DNA of 64,000 bases from Amoebophrya sp. A120 (lineage: Eukaryota; Protista; Dinoflagellata), in assembly GCA_905178155.1 (NCBI GenBank), contig CAJINV010000003.1:2893715-2957714 (forward strand), in the 5' to 3' direction. Made by a program: the position numbers and the translations under genes. Positions 24,397 through 35,678 of this stretch are shown here, one piece after another; the first letter of the stretch is position 1; each line of letters opens with the position of its first letter. The notes beneath the pieces were generated by a model. It was not told the origin of the DNA. It saw nothing but the letters and a program-made list of their open reading frames with translations, and ran no database searches.

Positions 24397-27300
24397 TCAC
24401 TTTTTGCCTGCTACTTCTGCGTGGCTGTTTGATTGGCTCACTCTTCGCACCCAAAAGTGCGCGCGGCGCATTGTTAGAGACCTATCAGTGGCAGACAGCG
24501 AAGGGAGGACCTCAGGCAAACCCCTTGCCTGCGCAGCCGGACTTGCAGCACGGAGGGCAAACCATGCCTCTTTCTCGGTCGAGCCCTTTGCAACTTGTGC
24601 GTTTCCACGACGATTCTGGAGATTCACGGCGTTGCGCACGTCTGTGTCCTCATCCGCTTCAAAGGGTTGCAGTACCTCCACGGATTTACTGGGCCAAACG
24701 GCCTGAAAAAGCGCACAGGCGGCGATCTTTACCATTTTGGGCTGTCTCCGATTGTGCACCTTCGTTTTGATTTTGTTTTTTTTCTTTTGATTTAGTGTTA
24801 GACTTGCAATCATGTCCGGAAAGGAACTAAATCGGGTAGCTGGTTGTCAACAGCTGCTGCCCCGAGGCTACAGAGACCAACTTGAACTTTTCGTCAAGTA
24901 TCACGACGATTTTGCTTGTTCGATCTCCGGTAATATCGGCAGATACGCAAATTCGTGAGAATAAAAAAGGCATTTATCGTTCATTAATGATCTGCTCCGT
25001 AGATGTTGAATGGATGTCAACCGAAAAGGTCAAGGAAAAAGTTATATTTCAAGAAGATAATATACCATGCTCGCGACAAGAGCTTCAAAGTCCAGGGTCG
25101 CGCAACAGGAACTGCACTCCCGACAGGTGCGAACGAGTGCAAGAGCGGCAGCGACTACGGTTTCGGGCTCTCCCTTCGCCGTTTGCCAGAACGCCTGGCC
25201 GCCCGTCAAAAAGCTCGAAAGCAAAGCCGCATCCTGTTCCGTCGTTCCGTGCAGTGCCTTCCCAACGGCTTGCCTGCCCCAGCGGCGTACCCAAGGATCC
25301 GCGTGGCCAAACGAAAAGTCGACGATGGGCCTCAGAAATCTCTCCGGTTGCGCAACTCCTCTTTCGAAAGCTCGCAGGCTGCTGCGCACGGTCTGGAGGC
25401 GGACCGTTTTCATCTTTGGGTCGAGGTTGAGTAACAACGCCCTTGCGAGTGGCTCGGGCAGGGGACTCGGCAAAGACACTGCGCAGGCGTAGGAGACGCT
25501 CTCGTTGTCCGTCGTGGCAAGCACCTCAGTCGCCCACTTGCCGCCCAACCGCCAACGCGCCATGATCCGACACGCCATGACTCTTAGATTTTCGGGCTCC
25601 GAGGCACTTTTTGCAATCCGTTCGAGGATCGGCAGAAACTGGAGCTGGAGATTCTCGGAGACTTTCGCTGGCGGCGCCCGCGCAAGAATTCGCAGCCCGC
25701 GGGTCTTCACTTTCAGCGCAGATGTGAGAAGACGGTACAGGACGAGTTCTTTCAGCACCTGCTCTTCCAGATCGCCCGCGTTAATTTCCGGCACCGCATC
25801 AAGAAACGCGGCGAACCGTGTCTCCTCGGTGAGCTCCGCGCCGTCGTCGGGCGAGACCGCCTCGTCGACCGCTCGTCCAACGAGCAATTGTGCGACTTCC
25901 CTCACGTGAGAGCCGGTCCGGAGGAGTGCTCCGGCGACAAAGAGCCCCAGGTCGCCGTGCAAGCGGTGGAGGTCGTGATTGGGAGAGTCCACCAGCACGC
26001 GGAAGAGGTACTCGTATATGTCGCTCGGTTTGCATTCCCCCGAGACCTCGATGCCGACACTGGTCACGGTGGTTCGGGTCGTAGATGCCGAAGGAGCCTG
26101 CTGATGTCCCGCCGCTACTTCTCGGGACGGAAGAATCGTTGCAGCAAAGCCGACCAGCTGCTGCACCTCCTCCACGCACGAATCACGATCGCCGCAGGGC
26201 GGATTAGGATCGTCCTTATCTATCTGCTGAAAGGTAAAATTGATGAAACTCGCGCGAATCGACTTTTGGAGCACCTCGCAACGAAAGAATTCCTGCACCA
26301 CTTTTCGCGTTTCATCGTCAAACCCTGCCTCCGCGGACGCTGTGACTTTGCGCAGTATCGCGGACCGAACCCGTGGCCGGCCGCGTTTCCCCGGTCGCTC
26401 TTCGCGCAAGCGTTCGTAAACTGCAACGAGCGCCGCGGGTCGAAACACGCCCAAAAACTCAACTATCTGAATCGCGACGAAGTCCACGACATCGTCCCAC
26501 CATCGGCTGTTCAACTTCGTAATAAGACTCTCCGCCAGAGCCTCCGTGTCCTCTGTTGCATCAGCAGTTCTCGCGAGAACCGCCAAAGCAGCTCCCAAAT
26601 GTTGCGCTATGTCGGCTTGTGCGACCACAAGATCGTGGCTACCAGCGTCGCTGTCTGCAGCAGGAGCAGCTCCGGTAGTTGCAACACCACGTACTTGCTT
26701 GTCAACATCAATTCTCTGGAGAAGCGACTGCGCATGCTGCTGCACCAAGTCAACTATCGCGGAATGCCGCCCTGCGTAGATGAAGAGGTCGACCGTTCTC
26801 GGCAATTGCGGAAGGAATCGGGACTGAAAAATGCTCAGCCCGAAGTGGCTCCACGCACTCTCGGCCGCGCGGCGCCGAACAGAGGCAGCCTGCTTCGGCA
26901 CCTGTTCTACCACCTCCACCAAAACTTTGCCATCCAGTACCTGCAGGAGTGACTCAGCGGCGCACTGGGGCCGTCGGGCTACGCTGTCTTCGGCTTTTGC
27001 AAGTTCGCCCGGAGCGAGCACATACAATTCGCGGTCCTCATGATACTTCGAATTTTCAGCGCAGGCAGTAGATCGTAGTTGCAGAGGATTCCCCGAAAAA
27101 GAGGTCGACGGCTCCTCTGTGGTCGTGGTGCGCCAAATTTGGCGGAGTACGTGATCCTCCTGTGTCAAATCCAGTTGTTGGTACTCCAACGCGATTGTTT
27201 CCGGCACTTCGTCCGAACCAAGCGCTTCTGTTTCTGGAAAGAGCGTGCCCAAATAGTAGGAGAGCAAGGTTGATGTACTGGTTTCCTGTTGGGCCGCGAA

Positions 27301-30300
27301 GTCGTCCGCAGCGAGCACTTTGGCGAGGAGCCGCTGTTGATGCGACAAGGAGAACGAGCTAACCACCGGCTTGCGGCGGTCGTTTCTTGGAAACGCATGC
27401 AGCTCGAATGCATCGGCCAGGATGCGTCGGATAGCCTGCAGCGTGTGTTTGTCCTGCTGCAAGGCCCCGCGAGGCGAGCTGCTTTGGAAAGAAGCCACAA
27501 CGCCGGCGAGGTTCGGGTTTCTGCGCAAAACACCGGTGAGCGAAGCCTGATAAACCGGATTCCAATCGGTGCGCTCCGCGAGAGAAGCGAAGCACTTCTG
27601 GCTGATCTGCGCTTTGTTTGCGCCAGCTACGTGCGCTGCTCCCTGGTACGCGCTTGTTGTTGCGCTCTGCTCTACACAATTCCAGAACACCAACTCAAAC
27701 GCGTTTGCGTCTTCCAGCGACACTCCCTCGGTTGGCAACCATGACGGGACAGTTCTGGCCCCAGCGCCTTGTTCACTGGATCTCTTGTGCTGTTGGTCAA
27801 CACTAGTACTACTCCCGCGCAAATACTGGTACACCGCGACAGCAGCGGAGGTAGGCGGGTTGTCGCGAGCGTGCATTTGCTGACGCTGTTCCTGTTTTGC
27901 ATCTTCATCTTTTCGCACAAGCTCGCGCAAAGCGAGAGCGGACTGTGTCCAGGTCGCGCTAACATCGCCTTCGGTTGCGCCACTTCGCCGCACGAGTGCG
28001 CCAACTCGGTCAGCTTCCCCCCGGGCCACGACAGCCAGGTTTGCCGATTGCACGGCGTCAAGCCAAACTTTTAGGTACTCCTGGGCACTCTTTCGAGCGC
28101 TCGGTGCCCACACTGTTTCCAAATCATCATCCGGTGTGCGCTTCACCAGCGCCGCGGCGGGATCGGCACTTACCAAAACGTCATGCACTTCGAGTGGCAA
28201 CTCAACGACAGGACCAGTAGCCTTGCTTTCTAGTACTACTGAGATTCCTGTTGTACTAGGCCTGCCGCCGACAGTGCCGTGGCTGGGTGCCGCGGGAGAT
28301 GTTGTTGTTGGTCCCCACAACAACTCCGCCTTGGTCTGTTCATCCAAGAGCGTGCAGGCCGCTCGGCGGATAACTCTTCCGTACGTCTCGCAGCGAGACT
28401 CCGGGCAGATGTTCTGCGCAAACGGCCCCTCGGCGGGCTGCGGAGAGGCCGCACAGACCTTGCGAAGTGTACGAAACATCTCCCGACTGTCTTCTCGGCT
28501 CGCCAGGTCAGGGCAGCGGCCACGAATCGTCTCCATCAATACTAACAAAAGGTCGAGGAGTCGCAGAGACTCCTTCAACGCCGGCAGGCGCAACTCCACT
28601 GCGCGCGCGGGCATCAACAACTCTTGCTCCTCTTCGGTCTGCGTCGCAGGCGACAACACCAGTAGGGGCGAAGTGGTTCCGATGCGTTCCACGATATTCG
28701 CAAGCACCACGCGCTTGATCTTCGTAATTTCGTGTTCATATCCTGGCCTTTTCTGCGGTCGTCCGTAATTCGGCACGATTTTCCCGAACGCCGCCATGAA
28801 CATAGCGACGTAGTTCCGCGCAGCAGCGTGACTCGCAGCCGGTACCAGCGCAGCAGGTTCCTGCGCGAACAAGTCATAATTGTCCGCCTTCGCCAGGCCT
28901 TGCAGTGCCTTTACGACGCCAATCTCATCGTGCATCGCGCGGCCCATGTAGCCGAGACACTTGTCCACTTCCAGCGCAATTTTTCCATGGTGTATGATCT
29001 CAGCGGCGTTGGGAAGAAAGAAACTGCCCGGATGCTTCTTCCACACCTCTGTCAGTTGCACCGGAGACACGCGGCTGCGGGCCACGGCTTGCGTGGCCAA
29101 GCCGCGGATCTGCGGCTCCTCAAGCATGGCGAATACCGCCTGCCCTAACGGTGCTGCGGTGGAGGAAAGGGGCTCCTCGAGAAACGGAAGGTGCTCCAGC
29201 ATCAGCACAATCTTCAAATACCCCGCTTTGTTCATACCCTTTGTTGCTGCCGGCGTGGCGAAATGCTCCACGTTGCCCAGTGCCGCAGCACACCGCGCCA
29301 TCGTGCGGCGGAACAACAACCGTCGCGCGGCGTGGGGTTTATCTACCCGCGTGATTTCCTCCCGCAACCGGTCAAACAACTTGATCTCGTTGAACAGAAT
29401 GTGGCGCACCTTTTCGTCGTGCCGCATCCACAGGCCAAACAGCCTGCAGACCCCGTTCTTCAGCCCGAGGCTCATGTCCTCTCCGATGACGCTGGTGATG
29501 ACGGAGGTCACCAGACGCAAAAGGACGCTGCTCAACCCACCGACCGCAGCGGTATCTGCCTCGAGATCGAAGTGGGGAGTGACCACGTGCACCCGCGCGA
29601 GGGTCTCGATCAACGCGAGGAGCGGAAGCGTGCTAGCTGCGTCGCGCGGCCGCATGAGGTTGCTCAGCGGCTCCGAGGAAATGCGATCCACGAGCAGTTG
29701 CAGGAGGCTCTGAAAATGCCGCTTCTGCATCTGCGAGGCCCGAGACAGACACTGTGTCCACTGCAACGCAAGCGACGCTTTCTCGCTGGCTGGATCGAAC
29801 AAATGGTGCGCGTAGGTGACGGCGGTATTTCCGGAGCCCCCGAAGGAAAGCTTCCTCGGGGCGGCTGCGTCACAGCGCGGCTGCACTTTGTGAATGTTGC
29901 CAGAGGACGCTGTTGAACTAGTAACAGACTGCAACTCGCCACTGTGGTCCCTCTTTTTGCTCTCGCTGGCGACCGTTGTCTGCTGAAAGGAAGAATGTAA
30001 TCCGGCTGTTTCCGACGTTCCGGCACCAGAGTGCTCGTGGTGATCCGCCTGCGCGGCGCTCGAAATTATAAACGTCAGACCCTTCAACGCGGCTGCCCGC
30101 ACCATGGGGCTCGGGTCCTTTTCGTACAGGGGTAAGAGTAGCCGCTTCCGACGAGCGCCCTGTGCCACCAGCATGAGCCGAATGAGCTCACAGCCTGCTG
30201 CACGAAGATTTGGATTCCTCTCCTGCAAAAGATCGATCGCCAGTGTTAGATCGGCCAGGTCTAGAATCCTCCTCATTGCCAGCGCCTCCAAACGAAACTC

Positions 30301-31293
30301 GCGATCCTGCAAAAGCAGCTTCAGACCCTGGCGGTCTTTCAAACCGTGCAGCACTACGTCTTCCGCCACTTTTATTTCCTCCTGTTGCTCACCCGGGTTG
30401 CTGTGCTCGTACGAAAAACGCAACAGATTCTTCCTGCCCTCGAGAAAAATTGGCAGGTATTTCGCTACCAACGTAGGATCCCGCAAGGCCTGCAGCACGC
30501 GCATTGCCGCCAGGCGGTCCTGCCGCTCCGACGATCGAAGCCACGGAGTGAGATCAAATGAAGGCGTCACGACTGTGGAGTCCGGTTCTTGACCAGAATC
30601 ATTGGCCGAATCCCCAGCATCTTTGTCTTTCACGTCCGAAGGAAATAGCTGCTCCATGCGTCTTTGCACGTCTGCCGGTATTTGCTGCCGCAGCTCTGAT
30701 ATTATGGATCGCTGGCTGCTCGACGTGGGAGTCGTCGAACTGCTTTTTTCCTCAGAAACAGTTTCCGCAGGAGCGGTCGCATGCTCTACTGGGATAGCAG
30801 TTTCCTCCGAGGCCTTCTCTTCCTGCGCCACAGTCGGTGCCCCGCGGTCGTGAAGACCAGTCGTCACACCACCGCCCAGCAACTTAGCATTGGATGCTTC
30901 AGCCTCAGAAGTTTCAACACCCGCGGGCTGCTCTTTCTGGTTGATAAGTGAAAGAGCTGCAGGGGCGCTGTCTCTGGCAGAAGCATCTACATGATCTTGC
31001 GCATCCTCCTCCTCTGCACTTCTGCTACCCGGCGAGCCGCCGACGGGCTCCGGGTTTCGGTGCACAAAATTCAAGTGCACAAAGTAGGACTCAATGTCAC
31101 TGTAGGTCGGGAGATGCTCCATCTGCATGTGGTATGTCGAGATCGTTGCGTACAGTGCCACAACGGAAAACAAAAACACAAGTGCCACAGCGATCCATCT
31201 TTTAGCACCACCCGAACGTGGCTCGCGCTCCTTTTGCAAACACGGGAAAACAAACTTAGCGCACAGCGCCAAGTTGGACGTCGGCCGCATCAT
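24397..31293 (-). CDS. Giant (~2200 aa) HEAT/ARM-repeat protein with N-terminal membrane anchor
   Basis: 2083-aa ORF plus last exon 24397-24759 via GT-AG intron 24760-25065. TM segment WIAVALVFLFSVVALYATI; HEAT-like units ERNPNLRAAGCELI, KDPSPMVRAAALKGL, HADPWVRRWGRQAVG and DEDTDVRNAV. Confidence 0.75.
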
Positions 31294-31476
31294 GCTGTGC
31301 CAGTCGGAGGTGCGTTCCTGCGTATAATCCGGACGATCCGGAACTCGAACTTCACTGATTCCACGATCTATGTTTCACTTTCCTGCCTCCTGCGCCTGTC
31401 CTCCGTGTCTGGCTTCAACTTCAACAAAGTGAGCAGAATTGCGTTGTGTTTATTCGAAGCAGGGCGACACCGTCTT

Positions 31477-31773
31477 CTACGGGGGAAGCGCCCAGCGCTC
31501 TCGGCTGAATTCCGGGTCAACATCGGGGAATGCGTCACAGACAGACTGCAGCTGCCCGCAGGCCTGAGGAACTTCGACTTTGGATACTACGCCTGCTTTC
31601 TTGCTCTTCTTCGCAGTCACGTCAAGCAGCAGCTCCTCTTTGTCCATCATCAGGCTCTCTATCACTTCGCGCTGCTGGTCCCAGGGAAACATTGCGTAGT
31701 ACACAACACCCCACAAGGAGCACAGAAAGATAAACCCCCCTAGGAGAAACCGAAAATTACGTCCGGACGCCAT
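31477..31773 (-). CDS. Small single-TM hypothetical protein
   Basis: ATG-started 98-aa frame MASGRNFRFLLGGFIFLCSLWGVVYYAMF…; may be only the first exon of a larger gene. Confidence 0.4.
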   Translation of the reverse strand: MASGRNFRFLLGGFIFLCSLWGVVYYAMFPWDQQREVIESLMMDKEELLLDVTAKKSKKAGVVSKVEVPQACGQLQSVCDAFPDVDPEFSRERWALPP

Positions 31774-32216
31774 TATAATCGTGCAGCTTTTTTCTTGAAA
31801 TCCAGCAAAAGCGGACTCGAATCCATTCGAAGGAATGTGAAAGACGGAAACAATGCACGCAAGATAAACCAAATCCAAAAGGAAAAGAGTTCAATTTTCA
31901 ATTTCAAAAAATAAAAAAATCCTGATAAAGATACAGGCAAAGCACGAAAACGACCCTGAGAAGAACGATTTTCTGCACTCCGGCACGGGCTTGGAACACG
32001 CCAATCATGTTATGGCACACTGCTGGTCGTGTTGTCCTTGCACTGCCTATACGCCTGTGCATCATTTTCGCATTTGTCATCTTGTCGGACTGGCGGTCCT
32101 CCCTAGATTTCCTTGGTGTTCGTTTCGACATCGACGCAGCAGTAGTTCTTGAGTAAGTAGCGCCCTTAATAGGAAGCAACTTATTTTTCAAATCAACACA
32201 AAAGCTTCCAGGCGGC

Positions 32217-33881
32217 CTAACGAGGATCTCCCACCTGTCCAGGCTGATGATCATGATGCGCCGCCTTCTTTTTTACGACTTTCACAACTTTCTTCTCGTG
32301 CTGTGCTTTCAGGCGCGCTTCTCGGTAGGCAGCCTTGACGCCCCAGGTAAGCTCATTCCAGACGAACGAGAAAGAGTCGTTGCGCGGCCCCCACAGCCGC
32401 AGTCCCTTGTGGATGAAGTACATGTCTTCCAAATTCTGTCGCACGTGGCGCGGCTCTTCGTCGTACATGATCTCGCGAAAGACCTCCTTGCGGACCGACA
32501 CGTGGCCGTAGACGCAGATCGCCCCCTTGCCGATGAACCACCCGGTCCGGAGCATGCGGTAGTACATCCACTCCGAGAACGTGGCGTTGTAGACGCCCTG
32601 CAGCTGCAGCAGCAGTTCCATGTCCTCCGACCGCGGGCCCTCGCTGCGGCGGTGGCCCACCATCTTCAGACTGGGGTAGTTCCAAAACTGCCGCAGCAAA
32701 ATTTCCGTCCGGATCGGATGCAGGCCGTCATCGGCGTCCACGTAGGAGAGAATGGTGCCCCGGGCCATCTCGGCCAACCGGTTGCGCGCCCAGCCCTGGT
32801 TGAAAACCGCCGAGTGGCACTGCAGCTTCAACTCTACCTTCTGTGGCGCGCTCTCGTCCTCGTCATGATGTTGTAAAACTGGGTTCAACAGACTGGGCAC
32901 CACTGGCAATTCCGGCGGTGGACGGCGGAACCGAGGACGCAGGCGTCGCGAGTTGTGCACGCGCTGGTCGAACTCCTGCAGTCGCTCCAACATGGCAGTG
33001 GCCCCAGAAGTTTTATCGATGGCCTGCGCTTTTACCCAGTCGGCGACCTGCTTACCCTTGTCGAACAGCGGCTCACGGCGTGCGCGCCGTACTGGAATGT
33101 TCAGTTTGGGCTCCACGTACGCAGAGGGGTCCGTTGCGGTGTCTGGGCCGGTAAGCACCCAGGCCGTTTTGTTGGTTTCCAAATCTTCCAAAATGGTGGC
33201 GCGGTTGGCCACTGTTCTCACCCGGGACACATACTCCTCTTTCGTCATGGGAGGCACGGCGAGGCGAGTGGTCAGAATTTCGTTCAATTTCTGTTCCATC
33301 TGCTGACACGTGTTTTCCGTCACGCCAGACAGAAAAATCAGCCACTCCAGCGGTAAAATGGTTTGCTGGGCCACGGTCTTCGCCAACAGCTCCAGCCATC
33401 CCCCGTCCACGTCGCGCTGTGTGGCTGGGGTGCACAGAGAAACCTCGTCTCGGGTGTGGAATCCCGACCCGTCAACGCTCGGATACTTGTCTGTCGTGTG
33501 GGCGTCAGTATCCTCGGGAAGTGGACTACTTGAAGCAGAAGGTCGCGCCGCCGGCGCTGCACGCGTTGTTGTGTCGTGGTCCTCCGGATGCACTTCGCTC
33601 CTCTCGGCTTTTTCTCCACGTACGCTATGGTCACTATCGTGTCTCTGCCCGCCGGGGTCTGCGTTTTCGTCCCCCCTCGCTGGCGGGCTACCATGGTCGA
33701 CAGACACGCCACTAGTCCTCCCTAGTCGCTGTGTTTCCCGATTCTCCTTGCGCTTTTCCGATCGCCTCGAGACGAAGAGTTGTGGAAACGCTAGCAAAGA
33801 GGACGCACGCTCGCGAAAGCAGAAAAGATCGGGATACACTGCGACATAACCGACTACAATCAAGACGAAGACGGTGCGCAT
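32217..33881 (-). CDS. GT-A fold (GT2-like) glycosyltransferase, type II membrane protein
   Basis: N-terminal TM segment, a stem region, NQGWARNRLAEMARGTILSYVDADD (DxD motif) and NLEDMYF. Intronless. Confidence 0.75.
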   Translation of the reverse strand: MRTVFVLIVVGYVAVYPDLFCFRERASSLLAFPQLFVSRRSEKRKENRETQRLGRTSGVSVDHGSPPARGDENADPGGQRHDSDHSVRGEKAERSEVHPEDHDTTTRAAPAARPSASSSPLPEDTDAHTTDKYPSVDGSGFHTRDEVSLCTPATQRDVDGGWLELLAKTVAQQTILPLEWLIFLSGVTENTCQQMEQKLNEILTTRLAVPPMTKEEYVSRVRTVANRATILEDLETNKTAWVLTGPDTATDPSAYVEPKLNIPVRRARREPLFDKGKQVADWVKAQAIDKTSGATAMLERLQEFDQRVHNSRRLRPRFRRPPPELPVVPSLLNPVLQHHDEDESAPQKVELKLQCHSAVFNQGWARNRLAEMARGTILSYVDADDGLHPIRTEILLRQFWNYPSLKMVGHRRSEGPRSEDMELLLQLQGVYNATFSEWMYYRMLRTGWFIGKGAICVYGHVSVRKEVFREIMYDEEPRHVRQNLEDMYFIHKGLRLWGPRNDSFSFVWNELTWGVKAAYREARLKAQHEKKVVKVVKKKAAHHDHQPGQVGDPR

Positions 33882-34546
33882 ACTTTGCCATAAAGTTGGA
33901 AACAACGACTACCATAACATCGATCAAAAATATCGGTTTCGGATGTTTTTGTTCTTTAGGATTTTGGTTGTGTCAGTCGCCAAACAAGCAAAAAAAAATC
34001 TTTTTCCCGTGTCGCGACTGAGTAAACTTTTGTACTCGAGGATTCTACAGCTCAGCACGGAGCAGAAGAGGTGTGCTCTGGTGCACAAGGCAGGCACAGA
34101 ATAAACCTTGCGCCATTTCTGCATCTGTTTCCATTTTCTTCGTGTTTATGTTCTCCATCTGCTTTTTCAACATTTTTATCCTACATGTTTGGCCTCATGT
34201 CTGTACACGGTATTACCCGGTTGCAACATATTCTAGAAGCAGTTCCCATCGAGTATGGAAGTATTTTTCTCGACGGCCAGTGGAGTTCCATCTGTGTATC
34301 TGTATGCATGCTTCCATATTCTTGTTCCAAAAGCTAAAATTGTTCGTACAAGTTGTGTATTGCTGGTCAATTTACGTTGAGTACAAAAGCCGTACCACAA
34401 GTATGAAGTGCAGGAGAAATAAGCATCAACACCAACACCTGGCCCTGGATTAGAAGAAATCTTAATCTATGTTCCTGGTCGACATGCTGTGAAAATCATT
34501 TTACATCAAGCTAGACCGGCTCGCGCCCGCAATCGAATCGGTTTTG

Positions 34547-35647
34547 TCATTTTTTTCGCGCCTCCACAATTTGGTCCATGCTTCGCAGGAAGCGAGCGAA
34601 AAAGGTGGGGAGGAGATACTCTGCCGAAACGAACTTTGCAACTGCCCGCTCACACCGCATATCAACAGCTTCGTTATCCTCGTATGCTCCATTTCCAAGC
34701 GACGCCGAGGCAGCGGTTGCAAAAATCTGGTTGGCGTTGACCAGGCGCGGCACTTACTTGGGTAAGGCCCGCAGCTTCCGTGAAACATTTAATCGCGCAG
34801 CACATTCTTTGTTTTAAGCCTTCAAATGCTTAATCTAGGAAATCGCGTTCATAAGGTTTAAGAGAGAGAGAGAGAGAACTGACATAATAAATTAGGCCAG
34901 ACAATATACGACGAACATCACACAGAAGAACGCTGGCCTTGCTCCCGTCCAACTGCTAGCGTGATGCCTCTCCGCCCAACTCGCAGCGCCTTCAGAAATG
35001 GCCCGGCTGACTACTCTCGGGTCGGATGCTGCGTGCGGATGCTGCTTGGTGTTATCTTGTTGCCCTAGCCGAAGTTCTCCTTTCAGGTAGTACAAGCCTG
35101 GTAGAGGACGACGAACTAGACCGAAGACTAGAACGCCCCCCAGCTACCGCGAGGTTTTTAGTAGTCAGTTTGCGTCAAGGCCGGCCGGAAGACACTGGGA
35201 TAGTTTACCTGTGGCCTTGTAGCCCGAGTCTGGTTCGAACCGTTCTACGCGCTGATGTCATCCCCCATGTCCGTGAAGAGTAAGGCGGCAAGTTAAGGGG
35301 GATTTGAGATGACGGGGAACTTAAAAAATAAAAGGCAATCGAAAGCAAACTAGTTCCCCGGCTCGACATGCGGCGGCGCTGCTCTTCCACGCAGCGCCCC
35401 GGCGAGCAGTTGACGGGGCACTCACTCACCGGACAGGCCGTCTCCCGCTCAGCGGCGTGGCGCGGCTGTTCTACCAGGAAAGCACTACAGATAGCTTTGC
35501 CGCTAATATTTCTATGCTTTTCTTTTTCCTTATGTTAATATTTAAGCTACTGCAGCGACGGACCTCGGCGGCGCATCCATCCGGTGAGCGAGTCAGGGCA
35601 GTTTGTGCAGGACGCATTTTATTTTTGTTTTTTGACCGACGTGTTTT

Positions 35648-35678
<31 letters not shown>

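Noticed and set aside
25067-31743. Numerous long plus-strand ORFs (also at 13384-14271, 45741-46712, 50124-51200, 56179-57144)
   Set aside because: They are antisense shadows of GC-rich minus-strand CDSs with no recognisable motifs.
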